Origin: Actinomycetota bacterium
GTDB lineage: Bacteria; Actinomycetota; Thermoleophilia; Gaiellales; Gaiellaceae
Direction of reading: 5' to 3'
Length of the DNA: 64,000 bases
NCBI GenBank assembly: GCA_005883995.1
Contig: VAXB01000015.1
Coordinates: 69 to 64,068, forward strand
In this document: piece after piece, positions 27,943 through 36,435 of the stretch
Position numbering within the stretch: position 1 is the first letter of the stretch
Layout: each line of letters begins with the position of its first letter
Program-made: the position numbers and the translations under genes
The notes under the pieces: generated by a model
Databases searched by the model: none
Seen by the model: only the letters and a program-made list of their open reading frames with translations
What the model was told of the DNA's origin: nothing

Positions 27943-28343
27943 TCAGGTCGCGCTTCGCCGCTGCGGCCGTCGGCAGATCACCCGGCCTACCCGTCGGAAA
28001 GACGCCGGTCTTTTCACGGCCGAAAAAGGAAGACCCCCGGCTGCGGCACCAGGGGTCGATTCCTTACAGGCTGCTCCACTCTTGTCGGCAGATCCCACGG
28101 ACTTGGCTCTGCGGCCCAGCCACGCCCCGTCTCTTGCCTGTGAAGCGCCTCCTGCAGCCCGCCGTCTCCGGCCCGGTTGCAAGATGGCCTCACTGTAGGA
28201 GCGGTTGGGCGGCCTGTCAAGTAACCCAGTCAAGTGATTTTTCGGATTCGTACTTGACGCAGAAGGCGCTAAGGCATGGCCTTTTTGGGGGAGTTCATCA
28301 GGACAACTTGCGGTTTTGTGAAGTATTGGCTTAGCTACGGGAA

Positions 28344-29690
28344 GTGTCCGGGCCTTCAATCAAGCCGCGCCGTCCTTCCGCGATCGAGTCGGGGCTTCGG
28401 CTCGGAGAGCGTCTGCGCCAGTTGCGGGTCGCTGCGGGGATGACGCAAACCGGCCTTGCCGGCGAGCGTTTCTCGAAGGAATACGTGAGCCAGATCGAGC
28501 GTGGCAAGACACGCCCGACGGCCGAGACCGTCGCGTGGCTCGCCCAGCGCCTCGGCGTCGATGCGGCGTTCCTTGCCAACGGTGTCTCGGCTGACGAGCG
28601 CGGTCGGGTCGACGCGTCGCTCGCACGGGCCGAGGCCCTGCTCGAGGCCCGGCGCAATCCAGAGGCAGTCGAAGCCTTCAGCGACCTCCACTCCGCCGTT
28701 CTCGCAACCGGTCTGCGCGAGCTCGAGGTCAGGCTCCTCGCCGGCGAGGCAACTGCGCGGCTGCGCGAAGGGGAAGTGCGCCAGGCAATCGAGCTGCTCA
28801 ATCGCGCACGTCAGCTGACCGAAGGGCCGGAGTTCTCCGACGTCGAGCGCGCGGACGTTCTCTTCAGGCTCGGCATGGCGCGGTTCAGGCTCTCGAGCGT
28901 CCAGACGGCGATCAACCTGTTCGACGAGGCGCTAAAGCTCGCGGAGGCGGCGCCGCTCCCGTCGGATCACCTCCGCTCGAACATCCTCGCGTGGCGGTCG
29001 CGGTGCTACCAGCGGCGCCGCGATCTCGAGGCCGCGCGTGAGGACGTTGAGCGCGCGCTCGAGCTCGCGGAAGGCTTGAACGACCGGCGCACGACCGCCG
29101 ACATCTTCTTCACCGCGTCGGCAATTGCTGACCGCGAGGGGAAGTGGGTGCTCGCTCGCTCGTACGCGGAGCGCGCGAAGGCCATTTACGAGGAGCTCGA
29201 GGATCGGCGGACGCTCGGCCGCCTGATGAACAACCTCGGCGGGATCAACTTCCTGCTCGGTCATCCAGACGAGGCGGAATCGATCCTGAAGGATGCGTTC
29301 CGCATCGCGCTCGAAGTCGGCAACGACGAAGGTGCCGCCCATGCGGTGAACTCTCTTGCCCAGGTTCACCTGCGCACCGGCGACGTGGAACGCGCGGAGG
29401 AGCAGGCGCGGCATGCGCTCCAGCTGCTCGACGGACGCGTCGACTACCTCGACGAGATCGGCAACGCGCAACTCGTGCTCGGACGTTCTCTGCTCGAGCA
29501 GGATCGGCTCGACGAGGCCGAGACCGCGTTCGGCGCTGCCGAAGAGGCGTTCGACCAGCTTTCGTCGGGAAGCCATCGCGCCGCCGCATGGGTCGCCCAG
29601 GGCGACCTCGCGACGAAGCGTGGCGACCACGCGTTCGCGGCGCGGCTGTATCGCACCGCCGCCGAAGCCCTGCAGGACGTCCGCTTCTAG
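28344..29690 (+). CDS. XRE-family HTH transcriptional regulator with long TPR-like C-terminal domain
   Basis: LGERLRQLRVAAGMTQTGLA..YVSQIERGK is an XRE-type HTH. About 350 aa of TPR-like helical repeats follow (e.g. NNLGGINFLLGHPDEA, AHAVNSLAQVHLRTGDVERA). Confidence 0.85.
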   Translation: MSGPSIKPRRPSAIESGLRLGERLRQLRVAAGMTQTGLAGERFSKEYVSQIERGKTRPTAETVAWLAQRLGVDAAFLANGVSADERGRVDASLARAEALLEARRNPEAVEAFSDLHSAVLATGLRELEVRLLAGEATARLREGEVRQAIELLNRARQLTEGPEFSDVERADVLFRLGMARFRLSSVQTAINLFDEALKLAEAAPLPSDHLRSNILAWRSRCYQRRRDLEAAREDVERALELAEGLNDRRTTADIFFTASAIADREGKWVLARSYAERAKAIYEELEDRRTLGRLMNNLGGINFLLGHPDEAESILKDAFRIALEVGNDEGAAHAVNSLAQVHLRTGDVERAEEQARHALQLLDGRVDYLDEIGNAQLVLGRSLLEQDRLDEAETAFGAAEEAFDQLSSGSHRAAAWVAQGDLATKRGDHAFAARLYRTAAEALQDVRF

Positions 29691-29709
29691 ACCTCGAAAA
29701 GGAGGTGAC

Positions 29710-29817
29710 ATGACCAAGGCCAGGCTCTTTCAGCTCACCGTTCTCGGCAGTCTCATCGTGCTCGCGCTACTCGGCGCGTGGCAGTTGCTGCCGCTCGGTA
29801 TGTACGACGGCGCATAG
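29710..29817 (+). CDS. 35-aa hydrophobic, signal-peptide-like small ORF
   Basis: AAAGGAGGTG lies 4 nt upstream of the ATG. Sequence is MTKARLFQLTVLGSLIVLALLGAWQLLPLGMYDGA. It starts 20 nt after the regulator stop and ends 10 nt before the next gene. Confidence 0.55.
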   Translation: MTKARLFQLTVLGSLIVLALLGAWQLLPLGMYDGA

Positions 29818-29826
29818 ATTGACCGT

Positions 29827-30699
29827 GTGCGCGTTTCGCTCGTCGCGCTGGCGTTCCTAGCACTTCTCGCCGGCTGCGGCTCGCAGCGGAACACGCTCAA
29901 TCGGTTGTGGCGCGGATCAGGCCAAGCCGTCGTCCTGATCCCCGGAACGTCGGAATACACAGCCGGCGACGTTCGCATGTCCTTTCTCGTGGTCGCGAAC
30001 GACGGCCGGCCGGTCGAGCGGCCGACGGCGGACGTATGGGTCGCGCGCTCGCGGAACGCGGAGCCGTTCGCACGGACGACGGCTCGGCTCGAGCGGCCCG
30101 GGTTACCCGGATCGGCCGACGCCGAGAGCGCCAACCCGATCTACGTCACGCATGTGCGCATCCCGCACGCGGGTCATTACTGGCTGCTCGCGCGGCCGGT
30201 CGGGGGCGATCTCCGCATCGGCGGTATCCGCGATCTGCAGGTGCGTGCGCACTCGATCACGCCGGCAGTCGGGTCGGAGGCGATCCCCTCGCAGACGCCG
30301 ACGCTCGCCACGGCGCCGATCCGCGCGCTGACGACGAGTGTGCCGCCTGACCGCACGCTTCTGCGGTACTCCGTTGCGAGCTCGCTCCGTGCACACGCGC
30401 CGTTCGTGCTCGTCTTCGCGACGCCGCGCTTCTGCCAGAGCCGGACGTGCGGTCCCGTCGTCGATGTCACCGAAGCCGTACAGCGCCGGTTCGCCGCGCG
30501 CGGGATCCGGTTCATCCACGTCGAGATCTACAAGGACAACAACCCCGCGAAGGGCGAGAACGAATGGGTCCATCAGTGGCGGCTGCCGAGCGAGCCCTGG
30601 ATCTTCCTCGTCGGCCGCGACGGCCGGATCAAGGCGAAATTCGAGGGCACCGTCTCGGTCTCCGAGCTCGACTCGGCCGTTCGCCGCTACCTCTCCTAG
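29827..30699 (+). CDS. Lipoprotein with C-terminal thioredoxin-like (TlpA/SCO-like) domain
   Basis: Lipobox LALLAGCGS. The C-terminal FATPRFCQSRTCGP motif and an alpha/beta pattern are consistent with a thioredoxin fold. Confidence 0.65.
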   Translation: MRVSLVALAFLALLAGCGSQRNTLNRLWRGSGQAVVLIPGTSEYTAGDVRMSFLVVANDGRPVERPTADVWVARSRNAEPFARTTARLERPGLPGSADAESANPIYVTHVRIPHAGHYWLLARPVGGDLRIGGIRDLQVRAHSITPAVGSEAIPSQTPTLATAPIRALTTSVPPDRTLLRYSVASSLRAHAPFVLVFATPRFCQSRTCGPVVDVTEAVQRRFAARGIRFIHVEIYKDNNPAKGENEWVHQWRLPSEPWIFLVGRDGRIKAKFEGTVSVSELDSAVRRYLS

Positions 30700-30815
30700 A
30701 GGCCTGTCACCCACAATCCACATCAAACCTCTAACCGCTCGGGTTGGAAGCAGCCGCCGTAGATGAGCCGTTCGGCCCATGGCACGCGCCGCCGCGGCAT
30801 GGCAGGCTATCGATC

Positions 30816-31022
30816 GTGTCCACGCCCGAACCGCGCCCTGACGGCGGCCTCTACAGCGTCCGCGAGGTCGCGGGGCAGCTCGGGGTGCATCCGGAGACGA
30901 TCCGGCGCCTGATCCATGGGGGCCGGCTCGACGCCGTGCGCGTCGGTCGCGTCCTCCGCGTCCACAAGGAGGCGGTCGACACGTTCCTGGCGCGACAGCG
31001 GATCAAGCCCTCGCGCGACTAG
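30816..31022 (+). CDS. Excisionase/MerR-like HTH_17 DNA-binding protein
   Basis: LYSVREVAGQLGVHPETIRRLIHGGRLDAVRVGRVLRV is typical of excisionase-family HTH proteins. Start GTG 30816, though the ORF is open from 30744. Confidence 0.6.
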   Translation: MSTPEPRPDGGLYSVREVAGQLGVHPETIRRLIHGGRLDAVRVGRVLRVHKEAVDTFLARQRIKPSRD

Positions 31023-31054
31023 AGCACCGGCGCTCTTGTCATGATGCGCCCCTG

Positions 31055-32647
31055 ATGGGGGCCAGGATCGAGCGTGCGCGCCGTGCGGTGCATGTCGCGC
31101 GCGTCGCGCGTCGGTCTGGCGTCCTGCGCGTCTTGCGCGAGCTCGGCGTCGTCGGCGAGCGGCCCGCGACCCGTGAGGGCGCGGTCGAGTTTCGGAAGGC
31201 ACTCGAGCAGCTCGGGACGACCTACATCAAGCTCGGCCAGTTGCTCTCGTCGCGGCCCGACCTGCTGCCGGATCCGTACATCGACGAGCTTGGGAAGCTC
31301 GTCGACCAGGTGCCGCCGGTGCCGTTCGACGCGATCCGGCAGGTGATCGCGGAGGAACTCCCGGGGGACATCTTCGCGCGCCTCGACCCCGAGCCGATCG
31401 CGACCGCGTCGATCGCGCAGATCCACGGCGCGCTCCTGAAGAGCGGTCAGGAGGTGATCGTCAAGGTCCGCCGTCCCGGGATCGAGCGCCAGGTGGACCT
31501 CGACCTCGCCCTGATGCGCTCGACGGCGGAGACACTCGAACGCCGCTCGGAACGCGCACAGCTGCTCCAGGCACGCGCACTCGCGGACGAGCTCGAGGTG
31601 CATCTGCGTGGAGAGCTCGACTTCGTCGAAGAGGCCAACAACGCGGAGCTCGTCGCCGGGCTGCTGTCGGAGTACGACGATCTCGTCGTGCCGCGCGTCA
31701 TGCGGCCGTACGTGACGGAGCGCGTGCTCGTGCTCGAGCGCATCGACGGGAGGAAGGTCGACGACGACCACGGCCTCGCACCGGAGCGAGCGCACGAGCT
31801 TGCCCGCCAGTTCTTCAAGGCGTACGTGTACCAGGTGACGGTCGAGGGCGTGTACCACGCCGACCCGCATCGCGGGAACGTCCTGCTGACGACCGACGGG
31901 CGGCTCGCACTCGTCGACTTCGGCTTGCTCGGTCGCATCGACGACGACACGCGGCGCAACCTCGCGCTGCTGCTGCTCGCCGTCGCGCAGAACCGCGCAG
32001 ACGACGTTGCCGATCTGATCCTCGGCCTTTCGCGGACGTCGCTCACGTCGGACGAGCCGGCATTCCTTCAGGACCTGCGGAGGAAGCTTCCCCGCTATCA
32101 CTGGCGGCCGCTGTCGGGGATTCGGGCCGGCGAGGCGCTCGCCGACCTGCAGCGGATCTCGTTCGAGTACGGCATCTCGCTGCCGACCTCGTTCGCGCTG
32201 GTCGGCAAAACGCTTGCGCAGGCCGATTCGATCGCGCGTGTCCTCTATCCCGAGCTCGATCCGATCCGGCTGATGGAGGAGGACGCGATCGAGGTGATGC
32301 TGCGCGAAGCGGAGCGGCGGCTCGAGCCGAACCAGTTCCTCGCGTGGATGTACACACAGCTCGAGCCGGTCGGTCGCCTGCCGCGCCATTTCGCGCAGCT
32401 CGTGAACAAGCTCGAGACGGGGACGATGAAGGTCGGCGTCACGCCGACCGACCTCGAGGGATTCGAGCACGTGTTGCGCTCCGTGGCGAATCGCGTCGGC
32501 GCGGCGTTGATCGTCGTCGGTCTGCTGATCGCGTCGGCGCTGATGGCGCGCGTCAGCCACGTCGTGTCGCTGGTCGGGTTCTGCATTGCGGGCGCGATGG
32601 CGCTCTACCTTTTCTGGCGGATCATGCGGACGCCGGGGTCGGTCTAG
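31055..32647 (+). CDS. ABC1/UbiB-family atypical kinase with C-terminal TM helices
   Basis: LGTTYIKLGQLLSSRPDLLP, ASIAQIH and HADPHRGN motifs. Confidence 0.88.
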   Translation: MGARIERARRAVHVARVARRSGVLRVLRELGVVGERPATREGAVEFRKALEQLGTTYIKLGQLLSSRPDLLPDPYIDELGKLVDQVPPVPFDAIRQVIAEELPGDIFARLDPEPIATASIAQIHGALLKSGQEVIVKVRRPGIERQVDLDLALMRSTAETLERRSERAQLLQARALADELEVHLRGELDFVEEANNAELVAGLLSEYDDLVVPRVMRPYVTERVLVLERIDGRKVDDDHGLAPERAHELARQFFKAYVYQVTVEGVYHADPHRGNVLLTTDGRLALVDFGLLGRIDDDTRRNLALLLLAVAQNRADDVADLILGLSRTSLTSDEPAFLQDLRRKLPRYHWRPLSGIRAGEALADLQRISFEYGISLPTSFALVGKTLAQADSIARVLYPELDPIRLMEEDAIEVMLREAERRLEPNQFLAWMYTQLEPVGRLPRHFAQLVNKLETGTMKVGVTPTDLEGFEHVLRSVANRVGAALIVVGLLIASALMARVSHVVSLVGFCIAGAMALYLFWRIMRTPGSV

Positions 32648-32666
32648 CGCGGGCGCACGCGCGGCG

Positions 32667-33338
32667 TCAGGTCACGCGTTCGATCACGACCTGCGGAATC
32701 CGCGCACGCGGGCTCAGCCGCACGAGCGTCCTGACAATCTCCGCGCAATCCTGCGGCTGGATCATCTCGTCGGCGGCCATCCCGGTCCACGCCGCCATCG
32801 GCGTGTCGACGAAGCCGGGGCAGAGGGCCGTCGCGCGGACACCCTCGGCCGCGTGCTCCGCGTTGAGCGTCCGCGTGAACGCGATCAGCCCCGCCTTCGC
32901 GGCTCCGTACGCCGACAGCCCGGGCGCGGCGATCGTGCCGGCAATCGACGCGACGTTGACGACGAGCCCGTGCGAGCGCTTCAGGAGCGGGAGCGCGAAG
33001 CGCGTCATCAGGAACGCGCCGCGCAGGTTGACCGCGAGCTGCAGATCCCAGTGCTTGGTTGCGAGGTCCTCGATCCTGCCGCCGACCCCGACGCCGGCGG
33101 AGTTGACGAGGACGTCGAGCGACGCGAAGCGGTCGGCATGCGCCGCGTTGGCGCGTGCGCAATCGTCCTCGTTCGAGACGTCGGCGGCGACGGCGAGCGC
33201 ACCGAGCTCGCCGGCCGCCGCGGCGAGACGGTCGGCGCCTCTCGCGACCAGCGTCAGGCCATACCCGTCCTCGTGCAGCGCCTGGGCGATCGCAAGGCCG
33301 ATGCCGGACGAGCCGCCGGTGATCAGGGCTGCGGGCAT
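32667..33338 (-). CDS. SDR-family oxidoreductase
   Basis: TGGSSGIG, NSAG and YGAAK motifs. Confidence 0.85.
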   Translation of the reverse strand: MPAALITGGSSGIGLAIAQALHEDGYGLTLVARGADRLAAAAGELGALAVAADVSNEDDCARANAAHADRFASLDVLVNSAGVGVGGRIEDLATKHWDLQLAVNLRGAFLMTRFALPLLKRSHGLVVNVASIAGTIAAPGLSAYGAAKAGLIAFTRTLNAEHAAEGVRATALCPGFVDTPMAAWTGMAADEMIQPQDCAEIVRTLVRLSPRARIPQVVIERVT

Positions 33339-33425
33339 GGATCATCCTTGCAAGTTGGAAGGTTCACGTGCCCCTGCGGCGAAAGGGACGCGGGGGATCC
33401 GCGAAGGTTCCTCCTCTCCCCTGAC

Positions 33426-33459
33426 GAAGCGGCGGCGCGATGCGCCGCCGCTTCTTTTG
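33426..33459 (+). terminator. Intrinsic-terminator-like hairpin inside the selD 5' leader
   Basis: GAAGCGGCGGCGC-GAT-GCGCCGCCGCTTC (13-bp perfect stem) followed by TTTTG, about 90 nt upstream of the selD ATG. Confidence 0.5.
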
Positions 33460-33545
33460 CGTAACGCATCCCATCGTCGGCAGTCTGTAGACGAACAGGG
33501 CAGACAGCCCTACATTTCGCTGTTCAGCGACGGAGGAGGCCCCGG

Positions 33546-34583
33546 ATGGGCACCGCGACGACCCCCGTGAAACTGACTGATCTCGCCTCGTGTGGCGGTT
33601 GCGCCGCGAAGTATTCGGCAGCGCGGCTCGAGGAGCTGCTTCGCGGCTTCGTCCCCGTGGACGAGGAAAACCTGCTCGTCGGGCTCGCGCCTGCCGACGA
33701 CGCCGCCGTCTATCGGCTCGACGACGAACGCGCGCTCATCTTCACGCTCGATTTCTTCCCGCCGGTCGTCGACGATCCAGCGGATTACGGCGCGATCGCG
33801 GCGACGAATGCGCTCAACGACGTCTTTGCGATGGGCGGGACGCCGCTGCTCGCTCTGTCGATCGCGGCGTTCCCCGAGGAGTTGCCGACGGAGATGCTCG
33901 GCCAGATCTTCGCCGCCGCTGACGCGCAGGTGCGAGCCGCGGGCGGGCTCCTCGCAGGCGGTCACACGATTCGCGACGCCGAGCCGAAATACGGGCTCGC
34001 CGTCGTCGGAACCGTCCGGCCCGACGGCATCTGGCCGAAGAACGGCGCGCGTCCCGGAGACGCGCTCTTCATCACGAAGCCACTCGGCACCGGCCTGATC
34101 ATGTCCGGCTACAAGAAAGGGCTCGCAGGCGCGATGCAACTCGAGCGCGCGGTGCGCTGGATGCGGACGCTGAACAAGGACGCGGCCGACGTGCTGCGCG
34201 GGCTTGCACCGAACGCGGTCACGGACGTCACCGGGTTCGGCCTGTTCGGGCACGCCCACGAGATGGCGGAGCGAAGCGGCGTGCGCGTCAGGCTCGAGCC
34301 GGAGCGCTTCCCGGCAATCGACGGCGCCCTCGACCTCGCGCGGAAGGGCGTCCGGACGAGCGGCGACCCGCGCAACCGCGACTTCGCCGGGCCGCACGTC
34401 AGTCTCGACGGCATCGGCGAGACGCTCGAGGCGCTCGCGTTCGACCCGCAGACGGCGGGCGGCCTCCTCGTGTCGCTACCCGCCGAGCGAGGCCCGGCAC
34501 TCGAGGCCGAGTTCGGTGCGCGAAAGCTGTTCGTCCGCCGCATCGGTGCGGTGGAGGAGGGAAGCGGCGTCGTCGTTGCCTGA
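33546..34583 (+). CDS. selD: Selenide, water dikinase (selenophosphate synthetase), Cys-type
   Basis: N-terminal SCGGCAAK has Cys and Lys spaced as in the catalytic CGCK of E. coli SelD. AIR-synthase-like fold motifs DDAAV and HTIRD are present. GGAGGAGG SD upstream. Confidence 0.85.
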   Translation: MGTATTPVKLTDLASCGGCAAKYSAARLEELLRGFVPVDEENLLVGLAPADDAAVYRLDDERALIFTLDFFPPVVDDPADYGAIAATNALNDVFAMGGTPLLALSIAAFPEELPTEMLGQIFAAADAQVRAAGGLLAGGHTIRDAEPKYGLAVVGTVRPDGIWPKNGARPGDALFITKPLGTGLIMSGYKKGLAGAMQLERAVRWMRTLNKDAADVLRGLAPNAVTDVTGFGLFGHAHEMAERSGVRVRLEPERFPAIDGALDLARKGVRTSGDPRNRDFAGPHVSLDGIGETLEALAFDPQTAGGLLVSLPAERGPALEAEFGARKLFVRRIGAVEEGSGVVVA

Positions 34584-34593
34584 CGGTCGCGGG

Positions 34594-35100
34594 ATGATCC
34601 ACGGCCGGTTCCAGCCGTTCCACAACGGACACCTCGAATACCTGCGCGGTGCAGGTGCGCGGTCCGAGGTCGTCTTCGTCGGGATCACGAACCCGGATCC
34701 GTGGCGGGTGAAGGAGGAACCGACCGATCCGCTGCGCCATCTGCCGGAGTCGAATCCGTTCACGTACACCGAGCGGCTGCTGATGATCGAGGCGGCCGCC
34801 GCTGACGAGCGGATTCCGGTGCACGTGATCCCGTTCCCCGTGAACGAGCCGGAGTTGTGGCCGGCGTACGTTCCCGAGGGCGTCACGCAGTACCTGCGCC
34901 TGTTCTCGGAGTGGGGCGGAACGAAGCTCGAGCGGATGCGCGACGCAGGCTACGACGTCGTGATTCTCGACGAGGGCGCCGAGAAACAGATCTCCGGGAG
35001 CGACGTGCGCGCGGCGATCCGCGCCGGCCGCGACTGGAGCTCACTCGTCCCGCCCGGCGTCGCGCGGGTGATCCGCTCGCTCGAACGCGTCGCCGTTTGA
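34594..35100 (+). CDS. Cytidylyltransferase-fold nucleotidyltransferase (archaeal NMN adenylyltransferase-like)
   Basis: GRFQPFHNGH is the (H/T)xGH motif, with ISGSDVR near the C-terminus. 168 aa. Confidence 0.6.
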   Translation: MIHGRFQPFHNGHLEYLRGAGARSEVVFVGITNPDPWRVKEEPTDPLRHLPESNPFTYTERLLMIEAAAADERIPVHVIPFPVNEPELWPAYVPEGVTQYLRLFSEWGGTKLERMRDAGYDVVILDEGAEKQISGSDVRAAIRAGRDWSSLVPPGVARVIRSLERVAV

Positions 35101-36350
35101 GCCTCCTTCCGATCGTCGTCGTCCTGCTCGACGGCGTCGCCGACCGAACGCACGGCGCGCTCGGTGGGCGCTCGGGCGTCGAAGCTGCAAACACGCCGAA
35201 CCTAGACGCGCTGTGCGCGCGCGGCTCGTGCGGCGTCATCTACGCGGTGGGCCCCGGCCGCGCGCCGTCGAGCGAGGTCGCGCACTGGTCGCTGCTCGGG
35301 TACCGCCCCGACGAGTTCCCGGGCCGTGCCGTGTTCGAGGCGCTCGGCCGCGGACAGGATGTCGACGAGGAGCACGTGTTCGCGTATGCCGCGCTGCGCC
35401 CCGCGGAGCGGCGTCCCGACGGGTGGTGGCTGACAGGGCGGCCGGATCCCGCTGCCGACGCGGATGACGCTGCGCAACTGGTCGCACGCTGCGACGGGAT
35501 CACCGTCGACGGCTTGAGGTTCTCGCTCGAGCATGTGTGGCGCGGCGAGGCTGTGCTGCGCGTCGCCGGCGGCGCGGACGATCGCGTGACCGACAGCGAC
35601 GCGTTCTTTCGCGACCGTCATCCGCTGTTGCGCCCGCAACCGCTCGTCCCGGAGGCGTCGCGCACAGCGCGCGCCGCCGAGGAGTGGACACGTGAGGTGA
35701 TGCGGCGGCTCGACGGCGAGCGCTTCAACGTGATCACGTTGAAGTGGTGGGGGCGCCCGCGGCACGTGCCGACGTTCGAGGAGCGCCACGGTCTGCGCGG
35801 GACGTTCATTGCGGAGTCGGCGTTCCTGCGCGGCCTCGCCCGGGCGGTCGGGCTCGACGCGGTCGAGGCGAAGGAGACCGATGACCCCACAGCAGACCTT
35901 CGCGGGCGCTTGGCATCGATCCGCGAGCGGCTCGACGCCGGCGACACGTTCGTGTTCGCGCACCAGAAGAGCGCCGACGCGGCGGGGCACACGAAGGATC
36001 CGCTCCGGAAGCGCGCGATGTTGGAGAGGATGGATGCAGCTCTAGGCGAGTTGCCCATCGACCGCGCGATCGTCTGCGTGACGGGCGACCACGCGACTCC
36101 CGCCTCGCCCGAGGTGATCCACTCGGGCGACCCGGTGCCGTTCGTCGTCGCCGGCCCGGGCGTGCGCGCTGATCGCGTGCGCGAGTTCGGCGAGTCGACG
36201 TGCGCCGACGGGATCCTCGGCCACCTGCGTGGGCCCGACATGATGCCGGTGCTGCTGAACGCCGCCGACCGGCCGCTCTTCCTCGGCTCCCGCCCGACCC
36301 CTTTCGACGGGGCCGACGGATATCCGGCCATCGTCGATCCGCTCCTGTGA
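35097..36350 (+). CDS. Alkaline-phosphatase-superfamily metalloenzyme, cofactor-independent phosphoglycerate mutase (ApgM)-like
   Basis: TTG 35097 overlaps the upstream stop (TTGA). Motifs VVLLDGVADR, TPNLDAL, and GDHATP..H near the C-terminus. Confidence 0.6.
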   Translation: MSLLPIVVVLLDGVADRTHGALGGRSGVEAANTPNLDALCARGSCGVIYAVGPGRAPSSEVAHWSLLGYRPDEFPGRAVFEALGRGQDVDEEHVFAYAALRPAERRPDGWWLTGRPDPAADADDAAQLVARCDGITVDGLRFSLEHVWRGEAVLRVAGGADDRVTDSDAFFRDRHPLLRPQPLVPEASRTARAAEEWTREVMRRLDGERFNVITLKWWGRPRHVPTFEERHGLRGTFIAESAFLRGLARAVGLDAVEAKETDDPTADLRGRLASIRERLDAGDTFVFAHQKSADAAGHTKDPLRKRAMLERMDAALGELPIDRAIVCVTGDHATPASPEVIHSGDPVPFVVAGPGVRADRVREFGESTCADGILGHLRGPDMMPVLLNAADRPLFLGSRPTPFDGADGYPAIVDPLL

Positions 36351-36364
36351 GCCATGGGCGTCCA

Positions 36365-36435
36365 CCCCCGAAGAAGAGGGTCAGTGACCCTCGGAGCAGG
36401 TCCCGCGGGGACGCGGCTAGGGTCTGACCCGAGTC
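36365..36435. repeat. Degenerate fragment of the palindromic repeat family
   Basis: CCCGAAGAAGAGGGTCAGTGACCCTCGG and GGGTCTGACCC resemble the right arm of the 20782 family. Confidence 0.45.

Noticed and set aside
27943-28343. Known structured RNA (tmRNA, SRP RNA, RNase P RNA, 6S RNA, tRNA) in the long intergenic region
   Set aside because: I found none of the hallmark motifs on either strand. There is no GGTTCGAATCC..CCA 3' end, no GGAA-tetraloop/AGCAGCC SRP domain IV, and no GAGGAAAGTCCGGGC P4 element. 6S RNA cannot be excluded by eye.
30816-31022. Excisionase-family HTH as a marker of a prophage or integrative element boundary
   Set aside because: No integrase, tRNA attachment site, direct repeats or phage-like genes are nearby. 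The flanking genes are ordinary chromosomal functions.
33546-34583. Selenocysteine recoding (in-frame TGA plus SECIS) associated with selD
   Set aside because: SelD itself is Cys-type. None of the ORFs in the window requires an in-frame TGA to restore a conserved protein. No selA/selB/selC genes are visible here.
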